This document shows, one piece after another, positions 14,895 through 23,540 of a stretch of DNA of 64,000 nucleotides (position 1 is its first letter; each line of letters begins with the position of its first letter). Below the pieces are notes generated by a model. It was not told where the DNA came from. It saw nothing but the letters and a program-made list of their open reading frames with translations, and made no database searches. The translations under genes were made by a program, and so were the position numbers. This DNA is from an uncultured Acidobacteriota bacterium. GTDB lineage: Bacteria; Acidobacteriota; Polarisedimenticolia; J045. Location: assembly GCA_963702425.1 (NCBI GenBank), contig CAVPCQ010000028.1:1-64000 (forward strand), in the 5' to 3' direction.

Positions 14895-17393
14895 TCAGCG
14901 CTTCTTTCCCGGGTCTTTCACCCGCTCGGCGAACTGCGCCTGCCGCTTCGCCTCCTCCATCTCACCGCGCCGTTCGAGCAGCCGGGCGAGCTGTTCGTGC
15001 GCACGCTGGTGGTGCGGATCGACGCGCAGCGCCTGGCGCAGGTCGGCGATGGCCGCGTCGGGGTCGGCGTCCGTGCGCCACTCCGCGCGCATGAGGTAGG
15101 GCTCCGCCACCTCCGGATCGCGATCGATCGCCGCCGACAGCAGCGCGAGCGCACGATCGGGCCGGTCCTCGAACCGCTCGAGGCGAGCCAGCGAGACCAG
15201 CATCGGCGCGGGGAGGGTCGCGGCCTCCGGCCCGGCCAGGGGGTCGATCGGCCGCCCGGCGTCGGCCGCGGCGAGCATCCGATCCAGCGCGCTCCACGTC
15301 GCGCGGTCGCGCGGATCGATCGCCAGCGCCCCAAGGAGCTGCTCGTTGGTGTGTCGGGTGGATCCGACGAGCCGCGCCAGGTCGCGCGGCTTTGCATAGG
15401 CCCGGGCGGCGTCGGGGTCGATCCAGTAGGTCGCGTAGGCGTTGGCCGCGAACAGGACGAGCAGCGCGAAGACGATGCGGGAGCGCCACCTCCCCGGCGT
15501 TCCGGCGGCCAGGTCGACGCCGACCGCCAGCGCGACGCACAGCGCGCCGAGCGCCGGCAGGGCGTAGAAGGCCTTGACCTGGGCGTAGGCCGGCACCTTG
15601 AGCGAGAAGACGACGAGCGCGAACAGCCCGAGCGCGGCGGTCCCCGCGAGCAGCAGGCCGGCGGGCCGCGGCGTGCGGATCAGCCGCGAAAGTCCCCAGA
15701 GGACGCCGAGCAGGATCGCCGCCGTCGGGAGCAGCGCGAGCAGCATTCCCGCCGCGAGCAGGTCATCGTTCCACGGCGGTCGAACGGCCACGTTCGAGAT
15801 GCTGCCGCAGAGCGCGTCGCCCCAGAGCGTCGCGTAGAGGCCATCCCAGACGGGACCGAGCGCGGCGAGCACCGGTTCGGTCAAGCAGCGGCCGAACTGA
15901 GCGTAGTCGGACGCGGTACGGAACCCCGGATCCTGCCACCAGGTCGAGAAGCCGGATGCCTTGTCCCAGTTGCCCACCACCGGCCGGCCGAAGCGCGCGA
16001 GGACGCGGGCGTACTGCCAGCCGCACGTCACTGCCGTCACGGCGAGGGCCGTCGCCAGTCCCCGCCAGCGCGCGCGACGTCCCTCCGGTCGCTTCTCCTC
16101 GAGGGCGGCCCAGGCGAGGGCCGCGAAGGCCGGGGGCCCGACGATCAGGGTCGTGATGCGCGTCAGGAGCGCGGCGCCCATCGCGAGGCCGAGCAGCGCG
16201 TACGTTCGCGATCCTGGGGCTCTCGCTCCGCAGGAGTCGCGCGGCGAGATAGAGCACGGCCAGCGAGAGCGTCGCCGAGAGGGTCTCATTCGTCGGGTAG
16301 TGAAAGAGGTAGAGCTGGACCGGCAGGAAGGCGGCGAAGAGCAACCCCGCGGCGTGGAGCCGCGGTCGATCCGGGAAGAGGGTCCGCAGCAGCCCGAGCA
16401 CGAGCGCCGCATTGGCCACCGCGAGCAGGGCCTGGAACAGCCGCAGCACGAGGATCCCGAGCGGGCTGTCCGCAGCCCCACCGCCGAGGCTCAGGAGCGC
16501 GGCGATCGTGCCGTAGTAGAGCGGCGGGTGGTACATCTGCCACCCCTCGTGGGCGAGCGGCAGCGACCAGGTCGTACGGATCCGCTCGATGTACGCGATG
16601 TGGCCGTCGGCGTCGAAGCCGTAGGCCGGGTGCAGCAGCGGCGAGTTGTGCACGATCAGCGCGATCCAGGCGACGGCGATCGCGGCGAGCGCGAGGCCCC
16701 ACTCGCGGCCGGCGAGCCGCCCGGGCAACCCGCGCTCGACCAGGCGCTGCACACCCCAGACGGCCAGCAGCGCGAGCAGCCCGACGACGAGCAGGAAGGG
16801 GAGGCGCCGCGCGAGCGCCTCCGGTGGCGCGGGCGGCCCGCCGGGGTCGAGCCGGCGCGCGGGGGGCGGCGAGGTGGCGACGAGCGCCGGGACGGCCGCA
16901 GCGCCGCCCCACGACACCTCCCATCGGCCATCGGTCACCAGCGTCGCGCCTCCCGGCAGTTCGAGCTCCAGCCAGAGGGCGGGCCGGCCATTCGGGTTGC
17001 GCACCTTGGCGACGATCGTGTTGGTCCCCTGCTGCAGAGCACGCCCCACCGTACCGCGACGCCCCGCCTTCCAGGGCCCTCTCCCTTCAACCAGATCTTC
17101 TTTCCGTTGATGTAGACATCGGCCTCGCGGAAGGCGCGCACCCGGAGCGGGACACCGGTCGATGCGGTCGCGCACTCGAACGTCCGCTGGAACTCCGCGG
17201 GGACCTTCGCCCCGCGGCGCATGTTCGTGTTCGGTGGGGAAGGGTAGACGATCCACTCGGCGACCGAGGTGCGACCGGGGAGGAAGGAGAAGGCCGGTCC
17301 CCGAGTCGATCCCCACCAGAGCCAGGCCACGACGGCGGCGGCGACGCACACCAGCGCGACTGTCCGGGCGGATGCCGTGAAGAGCCAACGCAT
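14895..17393 (-). CDS. Polytopic GT-C (ArnT/PMT-like) glycosyltransferase candidate with N-terminal beta-sandwich and C-terminal TPRs; frameshifts at ~17075 and ~16217
   Basis: Stitched from three frames (ORFs 16935..17408, 15763..18774, 14895..16481). Motifs: ADVYING..GTNTIV sandwich, YGFDADGHIAYI, GWQMYHPPLYY, many TM helices, TPR-like tail (AIADLRQALRVDP). Both shifts lie in short G/C runs. Confidence 0.65.
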
Positions 17394-17504
17394 GCCGCAT
17401 TCTGCCACGGTCCGGTGCGGGGGCGCCCGATGAGCGCGTCCCCGGTCGGGCAGCGCCGCCGGTCTCGGTCGACCCGCGGCACTCCCGGCCGGATGGTGCC
17501 CCGC

Positions 17505-18542
17505 TCAGCGCGCCTTCGACGCGTACGGGTTGCCGCCGAGCGCGTTCGAGATGTCGGCGATCGCCTTCTGCGCGCGGACGCTGTTGCCCGCCTTGTCGAG
17601 CGGAGGCGAGATCACCGCGATCCCGAACTTCCCCGGCGAGACCGCGATGATGCCGCCGCCGACGCCGCTCTTCGCCGGCAGGCCGGTCATGTAGAGCCAC
17701 TTGCCCGAGTCGTCGTAGAGCCCGGCGGTCGCCATCACCGCCAGCACGTTCGGGACGTACTCGGACTTGAGCACCTGCTTCTTCGTGACCGGGTTCCTGC
17801 CGCCGTTGGCAAGCGTGGCCGCCATCACGGCGAGATCCTTCGCGTTGACGCCGACCGAGCACTGCTTGGTGTAGATGTCGCAGGCCTGGAGCGGCTTGTC
17901 CTTGATGTGGCCGTAGGCGTACATCAGTTGGGCGATCGCCTGGTTGCGCTGGTTCGACTCGGCCTCCGATTTGTAGACGTCCTCGAGGACCTTGAGCTGC
18001 CGGCCGGCGAAGTCGTCGTAGTAGCCGATGATCTTGCCCCAGATCTCGTCGTAGGTCGCACCCTTGACCATGCTGGTCGCCGTGATGGCGCCGGGGTTGA
18101 CCAGCGGGTTCATCTCGGCGCCCTTGTTCTGCTCGACGGCGACGATCGAGTTGAAGACCTGCCCCGTCGCGTCCACCCCCATGTTGTCGACGATCGACTG
18201 CGGGCCGGACTCCTCGATCACCTTGGCCATCGTGAAGACCTTGGAGATCGACTGGATCGAGACCTCGGAGGTCACGTCGCCCTCGGTGTAGACCTTGCCG
18301 TCCACGGTCACCAGCGCGATGCCGTAGATCTTGGGGTCGACCTTGGCGAGGGCCGGGATGTAGTCGGCATTCGCCCCCTCCTGGAGCGTCTTGTACTTGG
18401 CGAATGCGGCCTTCAACGCGGCGGTCACGTCCGCGTCGGATGGGGCCTGGGCCAGGGCGGCTGGTGCCGCCAGCGCCAGCACCGCGAGAGCGAGGACGGT
18501 GAGGCGCGCGGCGCGGCCCGTGAAGCGAGTGCGTCGGATCAT
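17505..18542 (-). CDS. glsA: Glutaminase A with predicted Sec signal peptide
   Basis: ADYIPALA, SIQSISK (SxxK), NPLVNPGAI, YTKQCS, GLYDDSG, PAKSGVGGG. ATG 18542 is preceded by GGGAGG; the leader ends AALAQA. Confidence 0.93.
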   Translation of the reverse strand: MIRRTRFTGRAARLTVLALAVLALAAPAALAQAPSDADVTAALKAAFAKYKTLQEGANADYIPALAKVDPKIYGIALVTVDGKVYTEGDVTSEVSIQSISKVFTMAKVIEESGPQSIVDNMGVDATGQVFNSIVAVEQNKGAEMNPLVNPGAITATSMVKGATYDEIWGKIIGYYDDFAGRQLKVLEDVYKSEAESNQRNQAIAQLMYAYGHIKDKPLQACDIYTKQCSVGVNAKDLAVMAATLANGGRNPVTKKQVLKSEYVPNVLAVMATAGLYDDSGKWLYMTGLPAKSGVGGGIIAVSPGKFGIAVISPPLDKAGNSVRAQKAIADISNALGGNPYASKAR

Positions 18543-18680
18543 TTCTATGTTCCTCCCGGCAGCTGCGTGGAACCGCATCGGAACGAGAACCGGCATCGTG
18601 GCCGATTGCCGGATCGCTCGACTCGCCCAGTATCTCAGAAACCGGCGGCCGGGATGTCGCGGGCGTCGCAGCTCGGCGAT

Positions 18681-19430
18681 CTACTCGGGCGGCTGGAACA
18701 GCAGCAGGGCGGCGACGGCGGCAGGGATCGCGGCCGGCGCCGTGTCGGCCGCAGTTCCTGCATCCGCCAGCCACACCCGGCCGGCATTGATCGTCTCGAC
18801 CGCCGCGATCGTGCGCCCCTCGCGCTGCAGCGCGTATCCCGCGGGCGAACCGAGCGGGATCGGCGTGCCGTCCAGCGCGTGGATCGAGCGCACGGCGAGC
18901 GGGGTTCCGGCGGTGCCGTCCGCGGGGCGGAGTTCACCGACGAAGCCGCCGGAGAGCTTCCGCGCCGCCCCGAGGGCCAGCGTCCAGGCCTCCCGCGAGC
19001 CGCCGCCTTCCCCCGCGGGACGGAACGCGCAGACCAGCGCCGGCTTGGCCGCCGCGGCGCGCAGGTCGACGGAGAAACCGCTCGCCGTCCAGGCCTCGAG
19101 CCCCTTCTCGTAGCACTCGGCATCCACGGGCCCCGCGGGCGTCTCCAGCGTGAACGCGTACGGCCGCTTCGATCCGGAGGCGCCGAGCCGCAGCACCTGC
19201 ACCGACCAGCCGATCGTTCCGCGGTCGCGCACGACGCCGGTGCGGTACGGTCCGAAGGCGAGCGGCTTGTCCCAGCGACGCGGGTTGGCGCCCGTGACGG
19301 GCAGCGGCTGCGTCGCGGCGGCGAGCGCGGGGTCGATCGCGACGCGGGCTTCGCCGGCGAGCGCTGCGAGGAAGGCGATCGAGAGCAGTGCGAGCGCGGC
19401 CGGTACGGTGATCGTGAGCGAGCGGGTCAT
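18681..19430 (-). CDS. Hypothetical exported protein (copy 1, intact)
   Basis: 249-aa ORF with hydrophobic N-terminus, GAGG RBS and GC3-biased codons; duplicated at 22679-23408. Confidence 0.7.
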   Translation of the reverse strand: MTRSLTITVPAALALLSIAFLAALAGEARVAIDPALAAATQPLPVTGANPRRWDKPLAFGPYRTGVVRDRGTIGWSVQVLRLGASGSKRPYAFTLETPAGPVDAECYEKGLEAWTASGFSVDLRAAAAKPALVCAFRPAGEGGGSREAWTLALGAARKLSGGFVGELRPADGTAGTPLAVRSIHALDGTPIPLGSPAGYALQREGRTIAAVETINAGRVWLADAGTAADTAPAAIPAAVAALLLFQPPE

Positions 19431-19599
19431 ACGGTCCTCGATGGCGCCCCGCGGTCGCTGTTGCGACGGAGAAAAGCGCGCAACGCCGGGTACTGTGGTG
19501 CGGCTTGATCGTATCGGCGTACTTCATTAGGAGCACAAGTATGAAGGCATGGCGTGGAGTCCACTGAGTGACCACTAATAGTCCGAACAAGTTCGATCA

Positions 19600-22203
19600 T
19601 TGACCGGATGCTTCGCGATCATCGCGACGCTGCCGTGGGCCGCCGCGGACGGGCCCGCGTCGCGCGGCTCGCTGCGCCCGGTCCACCCCGAGGCCGCGAC
19701 GGTCCTCGACGACGGCCTCGCCGCACCGCTGCCGCCCCCGTCGGCTCCCGCCCCGGACGGCCCCCCGGTGACGGTCCGCTTCCGCTGGCCGCTGCTCGCC
19801 CAGGACTGGCAGCACAGCTTCAACTACGTCGATCTCGACCCATCCGGCGCGATCAAGGACTGGAACTGCCAGGGGATCACGTACGACACCCACCTCGGCA
19901 ACGACGTCATGATCCGCGACTTCGTCGAGATGGACGAAGGGCGGTTCGTCGTCGCCGCCGCCGCGGGCGAGGTGGTGCGCGTCGAGGACGGCTACTTCGA
20001 CCGCGCGGCCGGCGTTGGCGGCACCGGACCGAACAACTTCGTCTACGTCCGCCACGATGACGGGAGCACCGGCCTTTACCTGCACCACCGCAAGTGGTCG
20101 GCCCTGGTCGGTGCCGGCGAGCGCGTGTTCGAGGGGCAGCCGCTGGCGCTGGTCGGCAGCTCGGGCTTCTCGAGCGATCCGCACGTCCACTTCGAGGTGG
20201 CCGACGCCGACGGCACCGTGCAGGAGCCGTTCTCCGGTCCCTGCCGGACCGGCGCCTCGCTCTGGAAGCCGCCGCAGCCCGGCCACACGCTGGCGAACAC
20301 GATGAACGTCTACTCCGCCGGGATGACGATCTTCACGCCCGACCTCAACACGATCAAGGAGCGCTACCCCGACGTCACGCGCGTCGAGCAGAACCCTGCC
20401 GCCAACGCCTTCTTCTTCTGGCACCGCAACACCGACATCCACGCCGGCGACGTCTCGCGCGTCGTGTTCCGCAAGCCCGACGGCACGGTCTACGACGACA
20501 ACTCGTACACCTGGACGGCCGCCGCGGCGTACGACTGGCTCTACTGGCAGACCTTCCTGCCCGGTACCGGCTCGCTGGGGAACTGGACGATCGAGTACTA
20601 CCAGAACGGCCTGCTGGCGCTGACGAAGAGCTTCACCCTCGCGGCCGCTCCGTTCTCGAACCCGGTCGTGGAGGCGGCCGCCGCCTCCGCCGGCAAGGGA
20701 GTGGCCTCCGGGGTGCTCAAGGGGAGCGACGCCGACAGCGGCGTCGTGCGCTTCGACCTGGTGACGCCGCCGGCCCACGGCGAGGTCCGGTTCGGGGGGC
20801 CGCGCGGCGCGCGCTTCCGCTACGTCCCGGAGAGCGGCTACTCCGGCCCCGACTCGTTCCAGATGAAAGCGCCGGACACCGAGTTCCGCGACAGCGCGCC
20901 GGCAACGATCTCGCTCTCGGTCACGCCCGTTCGCCACAACGTGCTGCGGCTGGAAGGGGACACGGAGCATGACTACGTCGAGGTGCCCGCCAACCCCGCG
21001 CTCGACACGCCCGGCAACGCCTTCACGGTGGAGGCCTGGCTGCGGCCGGGGATCGGCTCGAGCCAGTACCAGCGCGTGATCGATCGCCGCAGCCCGGTCG
21101 ACTTCGACCTGCGCGGCGTGTCGCTGCGCCTGGTCCCCGACGGCTGGGTCGAGTTCGCCGTCGGGCGCGGGGCCAGCGCCGCCTACTGCTACTCGATCGC
21201 GCGTCTCCCGCTGACCCGCTGGACGCACGTCGCGCTGACCTACGACGGGACCTACCAGCGCCTCTACGTCAACGGCCAGCTCGACAACTTCTGTTTCGCG
21301 CCGGGGACGATCTCGTGGGCCGGGACCGGCGCGCTGCGGATCGGTGGCGGCTTCGGCTCGTTCGAGACCTACCGCGGCGACATCGACGAGGTCCGCTGGT
21401 GGGGGGCGGCGCGCAGCGAGAACGAGATCCGCGCGGGGGCGCAGTGCGCCTTCTACTCGTCGCCGCTGCCGGCGGCGCTGCGCGGCAACTGGCGCTTCAA
21501 CGGCGACGCGCAGGACAGCAGCGCCAACGCGCTGCACGGGGTGCGCGTCGCCGGCGCCTCGTTCGAGACGACCGACCCCGGGACGCCGCTGCGCTGCGCC
21601 GGTGTCAACCTCGACGGCGACGGCTTCGGCGACGCCGCGGACAACTGCCCGCTGGTGGCGCAGGGGAGCCAGGCCGACGGCGACGCCGACGGGGTCGGCG
21701 ACGCCTGCGACCTGTGCCCGGCGACGAAGGACACGGCCCAGGCGGACCTCGATCTCGACGGCGTCGGCGACGCCTGCGACCGCTGCCCCTTCGTCGGCGA
21801 CACCGCCCAGGTCGACACCGACGGCGACGGGGCCGGCGACGCCTGCGATCCGTTCTCCGCCGACGCCGCGCGCGGCGTGCCGTCGGCGGCGATCGTGCTG
21901 ACCGCCGGGCACGACCGCATCACGGGGATCTCGACCTTCAGCTGGAGCGCCGAGCCGCGCTCGACGCGCTACGAGTTCTATCGCGGCACGCTCGAGATGC
22001 TGCGCGCGCGCTTCTACGGCACCTGCCAGAACGGCCGCGATGCCGATCCGAACGACCGCCAGTTCGCCGAGAACGAGTCGCCGGCCCCCGGCAGCGCCTA
22101 CTTCTACCTCGTCCTCGGCGTCGGCGCCGACGGGACGCGGGGCCTTGCCGGGCTCGACTCCGCGGGACGGCTGCGCGACCTGCGGGGGCGCGACTGCCGC
22201 TGA
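19600..22203 (+). CDS. Secreted M23-family peptidase domain + Ig-like + LamG + TSP3 Ca-binding repeats + C-terminal module (copy 1; start uncertain)
   Basis: HLGND (HxxxD), YLH and PHVHFEV M23 motifs; LamG WTHVALTYDG..YVNGQL..GDIDEVR; DGDGVGDACD repeats. Confidence 0.85.
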   Translation: MTGCFAIIATLPWAAADGPASRGSLRPVHPEAATVLDDGLAAPLPPPSAPAPDGPPVTVRFRWPLLAQDWQHSFNYVDLDPSGAIKDWNCQGITYDTHLGNDVMIRDFVEMDEGRFVVAAAAGEVVRVEDGYFDRAAGVGGTGPNNFVYVRHDDGSTGLYLHHRKWSALVGAGERVFEGQPLALVGSSGFSSDPHVHFEVADADGTVQEPFSGPCRTGASLWKPPQPGHTLANTMNVYSAGMTIFTPDLNTIKERYPDVTRVEQNPAANAFFFWHRNTDIHAGDVSRVVFRKPDGTVYDDNSYTWTAAAAYDWLYWQTFLPGTGSLGNWTIEYYQNGLLALTKSFTLAAAPFSNPVVEAAAASAGKGVASGVLKGSDADSGVVRFDLVTPPAHGEVRFGGPRGARFRYVPESGYSGPDSFQMKAPDTEFRDSAPATISLSVTPVRHNVLRLEGDTEHDYVEVPANPALDTPGNAFTVEAWLRPGIGSSQYQRVIDRRSPVDFDLRGVSLRLVPDGWVEFAVGRGASAAYCYSIARLPLTRWTHVALTYDGTYQRLYVNGQLDNFCFAPGTISWAGTGALRIGGGFGSFETYRGDIDEVRWWGAARSENEIRAGAQCAFYSSPLPAALRGNWRFNGDAQDSSANALHGVRVAGASFETTDPGTPLRCAGVNLDGDGFGDAADNCPLVAQGSQADGDADGVGDACDLCPATKDTAQADLDLDGVGDACDRCPFVGDTAQVDTDGDGAGDACDPFSADAARGVPSAAIVLTAGHDRITGISTFSWSAEPRSTRYEFYRGTLEMLRARFYGTCQNGRDADPNDRQFAENESPAPGSAYFYLVLGVGADGTRGLAGLDSAGRLRDLRGRDCR

Positions 22204-22252
22204 CGCGGCCGCCCGGCCGTGGCATCCTCCCCCAGGAACGAGGGAGGCCGCC

Positions 22253-22768
22253 ATGTCGCTGAGAGACCGCCTGCTCGAAGACCTCAAGAGCGCGATGAAG
22301 GCCCAGGACGCGCGCCGCCTGGCGATGCTGCGGATGCTGAAGTCCGAGATGCTCAAGGTCGAGGTCGACCTGCGCGAGACGAAGGGGCGCGACTACCACC
22401 TCGACGATAGCGAAGCAACGCGCGTCGTCTCGACCTACGCCAAGCAGCGGCGCGAGTCGATCGAGGCCTACCGCAAGGGGGGGCGCGAGGACCTCGCCAC
22501 GCAGGAGGAAGCGGAGCTGCAGATGGTCGAAGCCTACCTGCCGAAGGCGCTGGGCGAGGACGAGGTCCGCGCCGTCGTGCAGGCGGTCATCGCCGAGAGC
22601 GGGGCGACGTCGAAGAAGGACCTCGGCGCGGTGATGAAGGGCGCGATGGCCAGGCTGCAGGGCGCGGAAGAGGGCGAAGCAGCAGGGCGGCGACGGCGGC
22701 AGGGATCGCGGCCGGCGCCGTGTCGGCCGCAGTTCCTGCATCCGCCAGCCACACCCGGCCGGCATTGA
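22253..22768 (+). pseudogene. yqeY: GatB/YqeY domain protein, copy 1, C-terminus replaced at the duplication junction
   Basis: MSLRDRLLEDLKSAMKAQD..KQRRESIEAY..YLPK..KDLGAVMK. Diverges from copy 2 after ..RLQGA at ~22667. Confidence 0.8.
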
Positions 22769-23408
22769 TCGTCTCGACCGCCGCGATCGTGCGCCCCTCG
22801 CGCTGCAGCGCGTATCCCGCGGGCGAACCGAGCGGGATCGGCGTGCCGTCCAGCGCGTGGATCGAGCGCACGGCGAGCGGGGTTCCGGCGGTGCCGTCCG
22901 CGGGGCGGAGTTCACCGACGAAGCCGCCGGAGAGCTTCCGCGCCGCCCCGAGGGCCAGCGTCCAGGCCTCCCGCGAGCCGCCGCCTTCCCCCGCGGGACG
23001 GAACGCGCAGACCAGCGCCGGCTTGGCCGCCGCGGCGCGCAGGTCGACGGAGAAACCGCTCGCCGTCCAGGCCTCGAGCCCCTTCTCGTAGCACTCGGCA
23101 TCCACGGGCCCCGCGGGCGTCTCCAGCGTGAACGCGTACGGCCGCTTCGATCCGGAGGCGCCGAGCCGCAGCACCTGCACCGACCAGCCGATCGTTCCGC
23201 GGTCGCGCACGACGCCGGTGCGGTACGGTCCGAAGGCGAGCGGCTTGTCCCAGCGACGCGGGTTGGCGCCCGTGACGGGCAGCGGCTGCGTCGCGGCGGC
23301 GAGCGCGGGGTCGATCGCGACGCGGGCTTCGCCGGCGAGCGCTGCCAGGAAGGCGATCGAGAGCAGTGCGAGCGCGGCCGGTACGGTGATCGTGAGCGAG
23401 CGGGTCAT
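22587..23408 (-). CDS. Hypothetical exported protein, copy 2 (last residues replaced, reads through the junction)
   Basis: Near-identical to 18681..19430 up to ..VAALLL, then unrelated sequence. Confidence 0.6.
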   Translation of the reverse strand: MTRSLTITVPAALALLSIAFLAALAGEARVAIDPALAAATQPLPVTGANPRRWDKPLAFGPYRTGVVRDRGTIGWSVQVLRLGASGSKRPYAFTLETPAGPVDAECYEKGLEAWTASGFSVDLRAAAAKPALVCAFRPAGEGGGSREAWTLALGAARKLSGGFVGELRPADGTAGTPLAVRSIHALDGTPIPLGSPAGYALQREGRTIAAVETINAGRVWLADAGTAADTAPAAIPAAVAALLLRPLPRPAAWPSRPSSPRRGPSSTSPRSRR

Positions 23409-23540
23409 ACGGTCCTCGATGGCGCCCCGCGGTCGCTGTTGCGACGGAGAAAAGCGCGCAACGCCGGGTACTGTGGTGCGGCTTATCGTATCGGCGTACT
23501 TCATTAGGAGCACAAGTATGAAAACAGCCGGAGTCCACCA

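Noticed and set aside
19541-19570. In-frame TGA near the M23 start as selenocysteine or readthrough
   Set aside because: Readthrough does not join the M23 frame, no SECIS-like hairpin is evident, and the second copy differs.
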